64,000 nucleotides of DNA from a bacterium (GCA_021849805.1 JAJZSL010000010.1:292-64291); one strand, 5' to 3'. Positions 20,986-31,982 are shown, numbered from the stretch's first letter. Numbers and translations: made by a program. The notes: generated by a model not told the origin, from the letters alone.

Positions 20986-21135
20986 GAGTGTTTCAAAAAA
21001 CATTCTAGAAGTTTGATTCCATCTACATTGCCCTCATTCCCGTCGACGTGGAAATGACGAAAAGAGCAGGGGAATGACACCCCGTGAAGTCGTTCAAAAG
21101 ACTAAAAAAGATCTCTGCTTTTTGAAAAAATGCTC
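20986..21135. repeat. Degenerate REP/dRS3-like palindromic remnant
   Basis: Hairpin TCATTCCCGTCGACGTGGAAATGA plus second GGGAATGAC, bracketed by imperfect arms GAGTGTTTCAAAAA / TTTTTGAAAAAATGCTC, between convergent fcl and alaS. Confidence 0.45.
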
Positions 21136-21200
21136 ACTAATGATATAAGAAGAAAGGTCATTTAATTGTATGTTGGACCAGAATAATCGTGAATATGCTC

Positions 21201-23909
21201 TCAAGAACAGAAAGCATGAAGTTTGATGTACTCTTGAGCTTCTTGAAGAGCTTGAGGAAGTGCTTTGAGTGATGATCCACTTCCACGTGCTAGTTGAGAA
21301 GTCCCTCCTCCTTTACCACCAAGAAGTGGAGTGATTATTTGAATGAGTTTTCCAGCATTAATTTTTTGACTCCATGTCGGAGAAACAACAGCAAGGAGCA
21401 AAATATGAGGAGACTCAATGCCAGCTAAGAGTAGAACACCATCAAATTTTTTTTCTAATGCTGCTACAATAGCTTCAAGGCGCTTCCAATCAGTTTCCTG
21501 GAGTGTTTTAATGATTGTTGGAATAGTATTCAAGCTAATCACTTCTGTTAGTAGCGAGGAGGCGAATCTCTCTGCAGCTTCACGTTGTAGTTTTTGGACT
21601 TCTTTTTCCAAGGCGACATTTTTTTCCAGTAAGGATTGAATTTTTTGCTCTACCTGAGCAAGCGGAGCTCGTACTTGCGCTGCAAGATGGTGAAGGGTTA
21701 GGGCTTCTTGAGCCATCATTTGGTGAGCTCTAAGACCTGCAACAGCTTCAATACGTCGAATGCCAGAAGCAACAGCTCCTTCACTGATGATGCGAAAAAA
21801 ACCGATTTGACTAGTCCGCTCAACATGTGTTCCACCACAAAGTTCCATGGAAAATCCATTCAGTTTCCCTCCCTCCCCTCCTATTTGAACTACACGAACA
21901 TGGTCGTTATATTTTTCTCCAAAGAATTGCATGATATCACTTTTTTGCTTGACTTCGCTATAGGGAAGCTCCTGCCAAGTGACTATATGGTCATTGAGGA
22001 TTTCTTCTACCAGAAGATTTTCGATCATGCGCAGTTCTTCAGCTTTTAGTGGGGCACTGTTAAAATCAAAAGTGAATTTTTCACTTCCAACATAAGAACC
22101 CTTTTGAACAACAGTAGGTCCTAAGATTTTACGTAGTGCCCAATGTAGCAGATGAGTGGCTGTATGATGACGTTCTATGGAGCGTCGACGTGCCAAATCA
22201 ATGATAAGTATTCCTTCGGTAGTAAGAGGAGGTGGTTCTCCTTCGATAATGTGCAAGAAGAGAGCTCCTTGTTTTTTGGTGTCAATAATGGGATATGATT
22301 TCTCCCTGGTTTGAAAAATTCCACAATCACCGACTTGTCCTCCCATTTGACCATAGAAGACGGTACGATCAAAGATGAGCGCAGTTCTCTTATCTCCGAG
22401 TGACTCAATGGCAAGGAGAGTAGCTTCTACTTTGGAATGATTAAATCCAAGAAAAAGTGTTGGTGCTACTGTTCTCAGTGAGGAGAGCTGGAGCACTTCT
22501 TTTTTTTGCGCCCTACGAGCTCGTTGGCGTTGTTCTTCCATGAGTTTTTCAAAGCCACCATGGTCGATATCTAATCCTCGTTCACGAGCTAAGAGTTCGG
22601 TGAGATCAAACGGGAAGCCTTGCTCATCGTAGAGTTTAAAAGCACAAGCAGCTGAAATTTTCCCTTCTTCTTCTGCCTTTTCTTCAAAAAGAGAGAGTCC
22701 TCTTTCTAAAGTTTTGTAAAAAGATTCTTCTTCGCGATGAAGAATGGAAGCTATTTTCTCTTGATGAGTTCGTAATTCTGGAAAAGCATCCCCCATGCTT
22801 GTAGTTAAGAATGGTACGAGCTGATGGAGAAAGGGCGCCGAGAAGCCGAGGTGACGCCCATAACCAACAGCACGACGTAGAAGACGACGCAAAACATAGT
22901 TGCGCTCGCTGTTGCCAGGCTCAATCCCATCAGCAATCGCAAATCCCAACGTACGCAAATGATCAGCAATCACACGAAAAGCAACATCGGATTGCTCTTC
23001 TTTTGTTAAATTGTTCCTTTTTCCATGAGCACGCTTTGGTAGTGTGGATCGATAGCGCAGGTGACTCATGGCTTCGAGTTGTTGGAAAATCGGTTGAAAA
23101 AGATCAATTTCGTAATTGGAAATGTGAACATTACTGAATTGAGTTAATCCGTTTGTTCCTTGCATAATGGCACAGAGCCGCTCAAATCCCATTCCAGTAT
23201 CAACATGACATTGTTTTAGAGGAGTGAAGGTTCCATCAGCGTTAGCATTGAACTGGATAAAAACAAGATTCCAAATTTCAAGGCACTCAGCACTCCCTTG
23301 ATTCACAAGGGCTCCTTGAGTATTACCATCGGGAGTCAGATCAACATGAATCTCAGAGCAAGGACCACACGGTCCTGTTTCTCCCATCATCCAAAAATTA
23401 TCTTGGCGATTACCTGGAACAAGATGAAGCTTGGGATCGAGGCCTGCCTGAGAAAAAAGAGTAGCCCAAAGATCGTAAGCTTCTTGATCAAAAGAAGCAG
23501 GATCTCCTTTGAGAGGTTTATAAATGGTGGCATAGAGACGTTGTGGAGGAAAATTCCAAACTTCCACCAAAAGTTCCCAAGCCCACTGAATAGCTTCTTT
23601 TTTAAAATAATCACCGAAGGACCAGTTGCCTAACATTTCAAAGAACGTGTGATGATAAGTATCAAGTCCAACTTCTTCTAAATCATTGTGCTTTCCTCCA
23701 GCACGAATACATTTTTGGGAATTAGCAGCTCGTGGTGGTTGATAGGGCGAGGGAATTTGTCCAACAAAAATCGGAACAAACTGATTCATTCCAGCATTAG
23801 TAAAAAGCAAGTTGGGGGCATCAGGCAGAAGGCTTGATGAGGGGAGAATAGAATGCCCTTGATGACGAAAAAATGAGAGAAAGGAGTGACGAAGTTCAGA
23901 GGAATGCAT
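21201..23909 (-). CDS. alaS: Alanine--tRNA ligase
   Basis: LLFTNAGMNQF, HHTFFEMLGNWSFGDYFK, DTGMGFER, HHTATHLLH, ELCGGTHV, GGKGGG. Confidence 0.99.
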   Translation of the reverse strand: MHSSELRHSFLSFFRHQGHSILPSSSLLPDAPNLLFTNAGMNQFVPIFVGQIPSPYQPPRAANSQKCIRAGGKHNDLEEVGLDTYHHTFFEMLGNWSFGDYFKKEAIQWAWELLVEVWNFPPQRLYATIYKPLKGDPASFDQEAYDLWATLFSQAGLDPKLHLVPGNRQDNFWMMGETGPCGPCSEIHVDLTPDGNTQGALVNQGSAECLEIWNLVFIQFNANADGTFTPLKQCHVDTGMGFERLCAIMQGTNGLTQFSNVHISNYEIDLFQPIFQQLEAMSHLRYRSTLPKRAHGKRNNLTKEEQSDVAFRVIADHLRTLGFAIADGIEPGNSERNYVLRRLLRRAVGYGRHLGFSAPFLHQLVPFLTTSMGDAFPELRTHQEKIASILHREEESFYKTLERGLSLFEEKAEEEGKISAACAFKLYDEQGFPFDLTELLARERGLDIDHGGFEKLMEEQRQRARRAQKKEVLQLSSLRTVAPTLFLGFNHSKVEATLLAIESLGDKRTALIFDRTVFYGQMGGQVGDCGIFQTREKSYPIIDTKKQGALFLHIIEGEPPPLTTEGILIIDLARRRSIERHHTATHLLHWALRKILGPTVVQKGSYVGSEKFTFDFNSAPLKAEELRMIENLLVEEILNDHIVTWQELPYSEVKQKSDIMQFFGEKYNDHVRVVQIGGEGGKLNGFSMELCGGTHVERTSQIGFFRIISEGAVASGIRRIEAVAGLRAHQMMAQEALTLHHLAAQVRAPLAQVEQKIQSLLEKNVALEKEVQKLQREAAERFASSLLTEVISLNTIPTIIKTLQETDWKRLEAIVAALEKKFDGVLLLAGIESPHILLLAVVSPTWSQKINAGKLIQIITPLLGGKGGGTSQLARGSGSSLKALPQALQEAQEYIKLHAFCS

Positions 23910-24071
23910 GGAAGAGAAGCGACTATAGTCAAAGCATCAGTACTTTGGCAAGGTAGGGCAGATTGTTGTTCATCGATGGATCTCTCAATTACAACGATAA
24001 GGTCCAATCTCTAGTCCACACTTTTTTCAATGCTCTGAACGTGAGGGAAGAAAGATCAAAAAAAGTTTTGC

Positions 24072-25591
24072 TTATTTTGGAGCAAGTGAATCTGCTTGGC
24101 TAATGAGGGCGTTTGCTCGATTGGTAAGATCATCAATTTTACTACGATTGTCCTTAGATGTTCGAGCAGACTCTCTGTCTAAAGAAGCAATCTTTGAGAA
24201 TATGAATGCTGCTTGATGAAGCTTTTCTCCTTGCTGCTTTTTAACAGGATCTTTTGAATCATGGAGAAGTTGTGCGGATTTTTCAAAAAGATCAGCAGAT
24301 CGAAGATAAAAGCTAATAGAGTTTTCTTTTTCACGAGAAGAGACTACTTGAGATGCAAGATAGTATGCTTCAGCGGCTCCTTGAAGCGAATTTGCTTCAT
24401 TAACAGAAGAAGAATTTTTCAAAGAATTGTAGGAGCTACGACGAGCATTTAGTGCAATTGCTCCTTGCTCCTCAAGTTCAGCAGCTCGGAGTGTATAAGC
24501 AAAGTAGCTTTCAGGATAAGGATCCGGATATTTATAGTTAGTGTCTAGTGCATCAAAGAGAGGGGATAAACGAAAGAGTGCAAATTCATGAGCACTCTCT
24601 GCTTCTTCTTTTGAGTAAGTTTTTGGTAGCCACAACGACTCTAGATAGTGGGCTTGAGCTAACACTTCATTTTTAATGATCTCATTATCGCGTTCCTTCT
24701 CTTGAACTTCTATTTTGCTAGTTTTATTAAAGGGTAGGGTCTTCTTCCTAGCATCTTCGCTGAGTAAAGAAATTAAACGGACATTTCTAGTAGAAGCTTT
24801 TTGAATACTATCTAGTGCTTCTGCTAATTTTGGAGGAAGAGCAGCAGCTCTATTGTTGGTGGAAGGATGCTGTAATTGGAAAGCTCTGATATCTTCTTCA
24901 ATTTTCCTCTGCTGTTCACTAATAAGTCGTCTCCTCTCATAAGCCTTCTCTAGTTGTTGAACACGTTTCTCTATAGGGTTAGGTTGAGCATTAATGCTTC
25001 TGAGCTGCTCTAAGTAAATATGATCAAAGCTCTCTAGAGACTTTTGATACGCCCCTTCTTTTTGTTCTTTTCCTAGTTGTTTATTAAAATCTGCTATCTC
25101 TTCTTGTTTTTTTGATCGACTTGTTAAAAGGCGACTCTGCATTTGGTCTTGATAATCTTCAGCTACTTGAAGTAGATCTCTCAGAGTCGTTAGTTCTTTT
25201 ACTTGTTCTTGAGAAGGTTCCTTCAGAGTCATCAATCTTCTTTCATAATCTTCTCTTCTGCTTTTAATTGACGTGGATCGAGTCTCATGCTGCATGTAGA
25301 TATCAATAGTACTCATAGCACTCGCTCTAGAAGATTGGGTTTTAAGCTCTTCTTCAGGAGATTCTACGTTTGCTGTTACATTAGCAATGTTATGAGCCTC
25401 TTCTGATAATGAAGAAATAGAAGGAGGAAATTGGTTAGAGTATCTAGATGATGAGGAGGAGGGGAGGGAACGACTTCTATGCTCCTACTTACTTCTTCTT
25501 GATCGATATGCTCTTGAGTGAAAGGTTGCTGAGATACTTCTGAACTACGAAGAGAATCAAGAGAATTATATAGTTCGTTTATTTGCGACAT
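24072..25591 (-). pseudogene. Orphan coiled-coil/helical protein apparently split by a frameshift (ORFs 25376-25591 and 24072-25316)
   Basis: The 414-aa frame stays open about 56 codons upstream of its ATG and overlaps the 71-aa ORF; frames differ by one base near the C/T-rich tract ~25455-25475. Confidence 0.6.
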
Positions 25592-25824
25592 CGTTTTTTT
25601 AGGCTGAATGGAACTTCACGAGCGTTTTTTTAAAGGCTTTCTCGTTTTTTTTAGTTTTCTCTCTCTTTTTATAAATTTTTATAAAAAATATTTATGGCAA
25701 TCGTAGCTTTTTTTACAGCTATTTTCTAGAACCAGTAAATGAAAAAACTTATTACTATTGGCAAGAATGTTTCTTTTTTAGAATAGTTCTTGATGAAGTA
25801 GCTCACGGCGCTACATTCTACTCT

Positions 25825-25852
25825 CTGATTAGTACTGGATTTTTCTAATCAG
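25825..25852. promoter_or_regulatory. Candidate operator: inverted repeat upstream of sufC
   Basis: CTGATTAG-N12-CTAATCAG just downstream of a TTGATG-N16-TACATT promoter-like motif. Confidence 0.4.
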
Positions 25853-25891
25853 CTGAAGCATTTTAGAAGTACTTTTTTAGCATTGCTCACT

Positions 25892-26632
25892 ATGAACACA
25901 CTTTCCATTCGTCATCTTTACGCTTCCATTGGAGAAAAGCCAATTTTAGAAGATCTCAATTTGGATATTCCTCAAGGAGAAGTTCATGCCATTATGGGAA
26001 AAAATGGCTCTGGGAAGAGTACACTAGCTAAGGTGATAGCTGGACATCCTGATTACACCGTTACTTCAGGAGATGTTCTGCTTCATGGGGAATCAATCTT
26101 GGGTATGGATCCTCAAGTTCGTGCACGGCTCGGTTTTTTCTTAGCATTCCAATATCCTATGGAAATACCAGGTGTTACTATTGCCAATTTTATCAGAGCT
26201 GCTCTACAAGCTCGTCTTCCAGAGGGGGAGGAGCTAGAAGCGACGGACTACTATGCAGAGTTGTACGCAAAAATGGATACGCTAGGGATTCCTCGCTCTT
26301 TTACAGCACGTTCGGTTAATGTTGGCTTTTCTGGTGGAGAGAAAAAAAGGTGTGAGATTTTACAAATGATGATGCTCAAACCACGTTGTGCTCTCTTAGA
26401 TGAAACCGATAGTGGTCTTGATATCGATGCACTGAAAGTTGTTGCCTCAGGTGTCAATGCCTTGCGAAGTTCTGAAATTGGGATGCTCGTTATTACTCAC
26501 TATCAACGCCTCCTCGATTATATTGTTCCAGATCGAGTCCATGTCATGGCTGCAGGAAAAATTGTTCTCAGTGGGGAAAAAGACCTTGCCCTAAAACTTG
26601 AAGCTAAAGGTTATGATTGGGTAAGTGCCTAG
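25892..26632 (+). CDS. sufC: Fe-S cluster assembly ATPase
   Basis: [51 protein letters not shown]. Confidence 0.98.
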   Translation: MNTLSIRHLYASIGEKPILEDLNLDIPQGEVHAIMGKNGSGKSTLAKVIAGHPDYTVTSGDVLLHGESILGMDPQVRARLGFFLAFQYPMEIPGVTIANFIRAALQARLPEGEELEATDYYAELYAKMDTLGIPRSFTARSVNVGFSGGEKKRCEILQMMMLKPRCALLDETDSGLDIDALKVVASGVNALRSSEIGMLVITHYQRLLDYIVPDRVHVMAAGKIVLSGEKDLALKLEAKGYDWVSA

Positions 26633-26775
26633 CTGAGATGAATCTTTTCTTGATCTAAGTAGGCGAGAAATCAATTCTGTATTTTCTCGTAGCATCTTCT
26701 GGTCCATCTCTCTGTCAACAGAGCTAGAGAAGCTGTAAGAATGATATTTTGAACTCCTAAAAACTTTATTTTTTT

Positions 26776-28188
26776 ATGAATTTTGAAAAAAAATCTGAAA
26801 TTAACATCGATCGTTCCCTTGGTGACTTTAGTTATGATGTCGATTATACATTTGATGCAGGAGTAGGCTTGAGCGAATCTACGATTGATTATATTTGTGA
26901 TGTTAAAAATGATCCTGATTGGGTTCGTTCTTTTCGAAAAGAGGGATATCGCAAATTCTTAGAAAAACCAATGCCTACCCATTGGGCTACAAAAGATTTA
27001 GAGAATATTGTCTTTGAGAATATTCGCTATTATCTTTCTCAAGGGAGTATTCCCAAACGTACTTGGGAGGAGGTTCCAGAGGATGTCAAGAAAACTTTTG
27101 AACGCCTTGGTATTCCTGAACAGGAGAGGAAATATCTTGCTGGAGTTGAAGCTCAATTTGATAGTGAGGCTGCCTACTCCAATATCAAGGCAGCTGTTGG
27201 GAAGCAGGGAGTCATTTTTGTAGGGAGTGCTGAAGGACTTCGTGAGCATCCTGAAATTTTTAGAAAATGGTTTGGAAAAGTCATTCCAAGTGGAGATAAC
27301 AAATTTAGTGCGCTCAATAGTGCTGTTTTTAGTGGAGGAAGCTTTATTTATGTGCCACCAGGAGTAAAAGTTGCTCATCCCCTACAAGCTTATTTTCGGA
27401 TTAATGCTCAAAATTTTGGACAGTTTGAGCGTACTCTTATTATTGCTGATGAAGGTGCTGAAGTTGTTTATATGGAGGGATGCACAGCCCCAAAGTTTGA
27501 AACAGCTACCTTACATAGTGCTGTTGTTGAATTAGTCGCCCTCAAAGGTGCCAAGATCCAATACATCACGGTTCAGAATTGGAGTTCTAATGTGTTTAAT
27601 TTAGTCACCAAACGAGGAGTCGCTTACGAGGATGCTCAGATTAAGTGGATCGATTGCAACATCGGTTCGCGTCTGACCATGAAATATCCGGGAGTTGTTA
27701 TGAAAGGGCGTCGTGCACGAGGAGAAGTTGTTTCCATTGCGCTTGCTGGAGAGGGACAGCATCAGGATACTGGTGCTAAGATGATCCATGCTGCCGATGA
27801 AACAAGCAGCAATATCATTTCTAAATCGATTAGCCTGGGAAGCGGACGAGCAACGTATCGCGGAATGGTTCATGTTCCTAAGCATCTGAAAAAATGCAAA
27901 AACAACACGGAGTGTGATGCTCTTTTAATCAACACGCAGAGCCGTACAGATACTTATCCAGCTATCACTGTGCGAGGTCAGGGACACTCGGTCCAACATG
28001 AAGCAAGCGTGAGTCAGATTAACGAAGAGCAAATTTTCTATATGCAACAACGTGGTTTGAGCGAAGCTGCTGCCATGAGTTTAGCAGTCAATGGTTTTGT
28101 GAACGATCTTGTCGAGCAGTTTCCAATGGAATATTCTATCGAACTCAAGCGACTCATTGATCTTGAAATGGAAGGATCGGTAGGGTAG
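26776..28188 (+). CDS. sufB: Fe-S cluster assembly protein
   Basis: [54 protein letters not shown]. Confidence 0.98.
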   Translation: MNFEKKSEINIDRSLGDFSYDVDYTFDAGVGLSESTIDYICDVKNDPDWVRSFRKEGYRKFLEKPMPTHWATKDLENIVFENIRYYLSQGSIPKRTWEEVPEDVKKTFERLGIPEQERKYLAGVEAQFDSEAAYSNIKAAVGKQGVIFVGSAEGLREHPEIFRKWFGKVIPSGDNKFSALNSAVFSGGSFIYVPPGVKVAHPLQAYFRINAQNFGQFERTLIIADEGAEVVYMEGCTAPKFETATLHSAVVELVALKGAKIQYITVQNWSSNVFNLVTKRGVAYEDAQIKWIDCNIGSRLTMKYPGVVMKGRRARGEVVSIALAGEGQHQDTGAKMIHAADETSSNIISKSISLGSGRATYRGMVHVPKHLKKCKNNTECDALLINTQSRTDTYPAITVRGQGHSVQHEASVSQINEEQIFYMQQRGLSEAAAMSLAVNGFVNDLVEQFPMEYSIELKRLIDLEMEGSVG

Positions 28189-28228
28189 GAAGAAATATTT
28201 TTGACATTAACTTTTGTACCCACACGAC

Positions 28229-29494
28229 ATGCCTGCCTCAACTTTTAATTTCCATCCTCTTGAAGAATCAACAGGGGTTGGATGGTTTCAAGAGCTTCAA
28301 AAAAAAGCTTGGGAGCAATTTTCTCAGCTTCCATCACCGGGACGTCATGATGAAGCATGGCGCTTTTCTTCCATCGGGAACATTGCTTTAGAAGGCTTCC
28401 ATCAAGCGCCCCCTCCCACCGATGAGCAGTCTATCCTCGAACGTTCTCAAGGAATAACTCCTCTAGCCGCTCAATTAGTTTTTGGCAATAATCGTTTGAT
28501 CCATGCTGATACTAGCAATCTTCCTCAAGGAGTGATTTTAGTTTCTCTCCAAGAAGCAATCAAAAAGCATGAAGATTTATTTCGTCGATATTTCATGAAG
28601 GAGGAAGCTCGCCTGGGATCTCTCAAGCTAGCCATGCTCCATCTCTCTCAGCTGAAGGAGGGAGTTTTCCTCTACGTTGCTCCTGGTGTTGTCGTTGATA
28701 AGCCGATTGAAATTTGGCATTGGGTTCAAGGAAATCGTAGTGCTCTCTTTCCTCATACGCTTCTAGTAGCCGGAGCAGGAAGTCACCTTGCTGTTATTGA
28801 GCATTTTTCCTCTTTAGAAGAAGAGCCTCTTCTTGCTTGCTCTCTCAGTGATGTTGTTGCCGAAGAGAAAGCTTCTATCCATCATGTTACCATTCAAGAT
28901 TGGAGTCCTCAAGCAGTAGCCTTTCACCTTAATACAACTAGCGTCCTCCAAGAAGGTTCTGCCACCTCGCTGCAACTTCACCGTGGAGGTCATTTTGTGC
29001 GTTCAGAAAATGATAGTCGTTTGTTTGGAAAAGGAGCTAAGAGTATGATGCTATCAATTGTTTCCGCTCATGGTGCTCAAGAATTTGACCAGCGGACACT
29101 CCAAGACCATCTTTCCCCAGAAGCGAAGAGTGATCTTCTCTACCACAATGCTCTTAGTGACCAAGCTAGAACTATTTTTTCAGGACTTATCAAAGTTCAG
29201 AAAAGAGCGCATCGAACTGATGCTTATCAAAAAGTCAGCAATCTTATGCTCAGTGATGATGCGGAAGCAAACTCCATGCCAGGTTTAGAGATTCTTGCTG
29301 ATGATGTTCGTTGCACTCACGGTGCAACTTCAGGAGAGTTAAATAAAGAGGAGTTGTTCTACATGATGGCACGCGGCATTGATGAATCTAGAGCAGTGAA
29401 GCTTTTGGTGCGTGGATTTTTTCAAACAGTACTCGAGCGCTTAGAGGAGCCACAACTCAAAAACTATCTTCAATTATTATTAGACCATGAATAA
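28229..29494 (+). CDS. sufD: Fe-S cluster assembly protein
   Basis: EAWRFS, PGLEILADDVRCTHGAT, LFYMMARGI. Confidence 0.95.
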   Translation: MPASTFNFHPLEESTGVGWFQELQKKAWEQFSQLPSPGRHDEAWRFSSIGNIALEGFHQAPPPTDEQSILERSQGITPLAAQLVFGNNRLIHADTSNLPQGVILVSLQEAIKKHEDLFRRYFMKEEARLGSLKLAMLHLSQLKEGVFLYVAPGVVVDKPIEIWHWVQGNRSALFPHTLLVAGAGSHLAVIEHFSSLEEEPLLACSLSDVVAEEKASIHHVTIQDWSPQAVAFHLNTTSVLQEGSATSLQLHRGGHFVRSENDSRLFGKGAKSMMLSIVSAHGAQEFDQRTLQDHLSPEAKSDLLYHNALSDQARTIFSGLIKVQKRAHRTDAYQKVSNLMLSDDAEANSMPGLEILADDVRCTHGATSGELNKEELFYMMARGIDESRAVKLLVRGFFQTVLERLEEPQLKNYLQLLLDHE

Positions 29495-30482
29495 GTCCTT
29501 TCAACCAGTGACTGATTTTATCAATCATCATTTTCGTCACTTCAATGCTGCTGCACTTAAAGAGGCAGCACATGGATATCGAGCACACCTGAAGAAAGGA
29601 GGAAAAATGTTTCTTACTCTAGCAGGTGCTATGAGCACTGCTGAGATTGGTCTTTCTCTAGCTGAAATGATTCGTGAAGAAAAAGTTCATGCTATCTGCT
29701 CTACTGGAGCAAACTTAGAAGAGGATATTTTTAACCTTGTAGCTCATGATTATTATGAGCGAGTACCTCATTATCGTGATTTAACTCCTGCTGATGAAGA
29801 ACGGCTCTTAGAGCGTCATATGAATCGTGTTACCGACACTTGTATTCCAGAAATGGAAGCAATGCGTCGTATTGAATCAGCTGTTTTAGAAGAATGGATG
29901 GCTGCAGATCGAGCTGGAGAGCACTATTTTCCTCATGAGTTCCTATACAAAATTCTTCGCAAGGGAACATTAGAAAAAAGTTATCAAATTGATCCAAGAA
30001 ATAGTTGGATGGTAGCGGCTGCGGAGAAAAATTTACCAATTTTTGTTCCAGGCTGGGAAGATGCGACTCTTGGAAACATGTATGCTGGTCACTGCATCAG
30101 TGCTCATATTAAGAATGTTCATACCGTTAGAACCGGCATTGAATATATGATTGCTTTAGCTGAGTGGTATAGTAGAGAAGCAACCTTTCTGCAAGAGGAA
30201 GGATCAATAGGATTTTTCCAAATTGGAGGTGGTATTGCTGGAGATTTTCCTATTTGTGTCGTACCTATGCTACATCAAGATTTAGAGCGTAAGGAAGTTC
30301 CACGTTGGGGCTACTTTTGCCAAATTAGTGATTCTACAACAAGCTACGGCAGCTATTCTGGTGCTGTTCCCAACGAGAAAATAACTTGGGGAAAACTAGC
30401 AGTAACAACTCCCAAACATATTATCGAATCAGATGCTTCCATTGTGGCACCGCTTATTTTTGCTATGGTGCTTGAGCAATAG
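29487..30482 (+). CDS. Deoxyhypusine synthase family protein
   Basis: TLAGAMSTA, TGANLEED, IGGGIAGDF, GSYSGA.PNEKITWGK (catalytic Lys), SDASIVAP. Confidence 0.92.
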   Translation: MNKSFQPVTDFINHHFRHFNAAALKEAAHGYRAHLKKGGKMFLTLAGAMSTAEIGLSLAEMIREEKVHAICSTGANLEEDIFNLVAHDYYERVPHYRDLTPADEERLLERHMNRVTDTCIPEMEAMRRIESAVLEEWMAADRAGEHYFPHEFLYKILRKGTLEKSYQIDPRNSWMVAAAEKNLPIFVPGWEDATLGNMYAGHCISAHIKNVHTVRTGIEYMIALAEWYSREATFLQEEGSIGFFQIGGGIAGDFPICVVPMLHQDLERKEVPRWGYFCQISDSTTSYGSYSGAVPNEKITWGKLAVTTPKHIIESDASIVAPLIFAMVLEQ

Positions 30483-30537
30483 ATCACTCATTGATCTTTT
30501 GAGTTCTACTGATTATTCTCTTCTTTCTTAAGAAAGA

Positions 30538-30622
30538 GCCGATGTGGCGAAATGGCAGACGCAAGGGACTTAAAATCCCTTTCTGCGAAAGCGGAGTGTG
30601 GGTTCGAGTCCCACCATCGGCA
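30538..30622 (+). tRNA. tRNA-Leu (TAA)
   Basis: Acceptor GCCGATG/CATCGGC, anticodon arm AGGGA-CTTAAAA-TCCCT, long variable arm, GGTTCGAGTCC. Confidence 0.96.
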
Positions 30623-30643
30623 TAATTTTTTTCTCTCTCTTTT

Positions 30644-30809
30644 TATCGTCAAATTCCTTAGAAATGACAGGAAATGGACTTGATCTTATTTAAAAAATGG
30701 AGTGTTCTCATCCCATCACCTTATCGTTGAGGTAGCGCTCGGTCTTCGGCCTTGCCTTTTTTAAAAATTTCTACACTCTTTCCTATAATTTCTAAGTAAT
30801 TTGACTCTA
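30644..30809 (+). mobile_element. Palindromic MITE-like element, subfamily B
   Basis: Gap-free match (about 15 substitutions by eye) to the reverse complement of 41701-41866; imperfect TIR GTCAAATTCCTTAGAAA / TTTCTAAGTAATTTGAC. Confidence 0.88.
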
Positions 30810-31982
30810 TTTGAGCATTTTATGCTCTCGAATGATCTTTTCCAAAAATCGGATATAACTATCGCTTTTGTTGAGCGCTCTAGTGTGAACGAGATCAGAA
30901 TTTCTCCAATTGTTAATGATACGAGTTTCATTAGGTTGAAAAAATTCAGGTCTTTTCTTCATGATATCCTCAATTTGAGTTCTCTGTGTTGCCGTAAGAT
31001 CAAAAGGATGATCTACTTCCTTGAGTTCAGGAATATCTCGGCGCATGTACTCTCGCCAATCATAACTGATCTTCTCTCCATCGCTGAAGTAGTCATAAGG
31101 ATAAGCAGCTATGCTTAGCAGATTTTTATAGTAAGCACATTCTGCGATGTAGTTGGTGTAGAGCTCAAAATAAATTTCTTCCAACCTTTTGCTCAGCCAA
31201 TGAAAAGTTTTCAGATTTTTTATAAAAAAGTGAGAGCAAGAAAAATGAAATAAAGCGAGAGGGATCCCATTGACTTGATAACAATCGTGATGACGTTTTA
31301 TTTTTCTTTGATCGAAATTCCACCATGCAACGTTGTAACCGCAATGTTTGAAGATATCGAGTCGATCAACACGCCCGATAGCCTCATGAAGATAGAGCTG
31401 GTCAAGGTAAATTCCAATGATGAAGTCATCGATTAAACAGTTGTAATGAGTTTGCTCCCACCACCAATCCAAAAAGTCGGAGAGAGAGGGGGTGCTTCCC
31501 ACATAGCCTGCATTAAAAATACCAGAGAGCCGGAGCATCATTGAAGAGACTACAGGAGCGACCACACTTGGCTTCCCATTACGATGAGGAGTCAGTGAGA
31601 GATGAGCAGCATCAAGTCGCTCCCATGCTTCTGAGAGATCATGAAATAATTTCATGTCGCTATCTAGGTAGATGACTTTCTCATAACGAAGAAGTGTCTC
31701 CTTGATCGCTCTTGGCTTCAAAGCACAGCAAGCAGCAAGGCCTGGATATTGAAAAAGGAATCGCTCCCACTCCTGAGAGTTTAAAACTTTTGCATCAATA
31801 AGCTCAAATGGGCAGTAATCGTAGCATTCTTGAGGAGGATTCAAACCAATAAGAAAAACAATAAAGTCTGCTCCTGGCTCAAAGAGATGAATCGTTTTTC
31901 CTAAAAGAATGACTTGATGAAAATAATCATTGGTAACAACGGTAATGATAGCTTTTTTTTTCCGAAGAGAAGGTTCACTCAT
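30807..31982 (-). CDS. Putative GT-A glycosyltransferase (GT8-like)
   Basis: CCALKP, KVIYLDSD (DxD), GIFNAGY, DQLYL, GYNVAWWN, FHFS. Confidence 0.75.
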   Translation of the reverse strand: MSEPSLRKKKAIITVVTNDYFHQVILLGKTIHLFEPGADFIVFLIGLNPPQECYDYCPFELIDAKVLNSQEWERFLFQYPGLAACCALKPRAIKETLLRYEKVIYLDSDMKLFHDLSEAWERLDAAHLSLTPHRNGKPSVVAPVVSSMMLRLSGIFNAGYVGSTPSLSDFLDWWWEQTHYNCLIDDFIIGIYLDQLYLHEAIGRVDRLDIFKHCGYNVAWWNFDQRKIKRHHDCYQVNGIPLALFHFSCSHFFIKNLKTFHWLSKRLEEIYFELYTNYIAECAYYKNLLSIAAYPYDYFSDGEKISYDWREYMRRDIPELKEVDHPFDLTATQRTQIEDIMKKRPEFFQPNETRIINNWRNSDLVHTRALNKSDSYIRFLEKIIREHKMLK

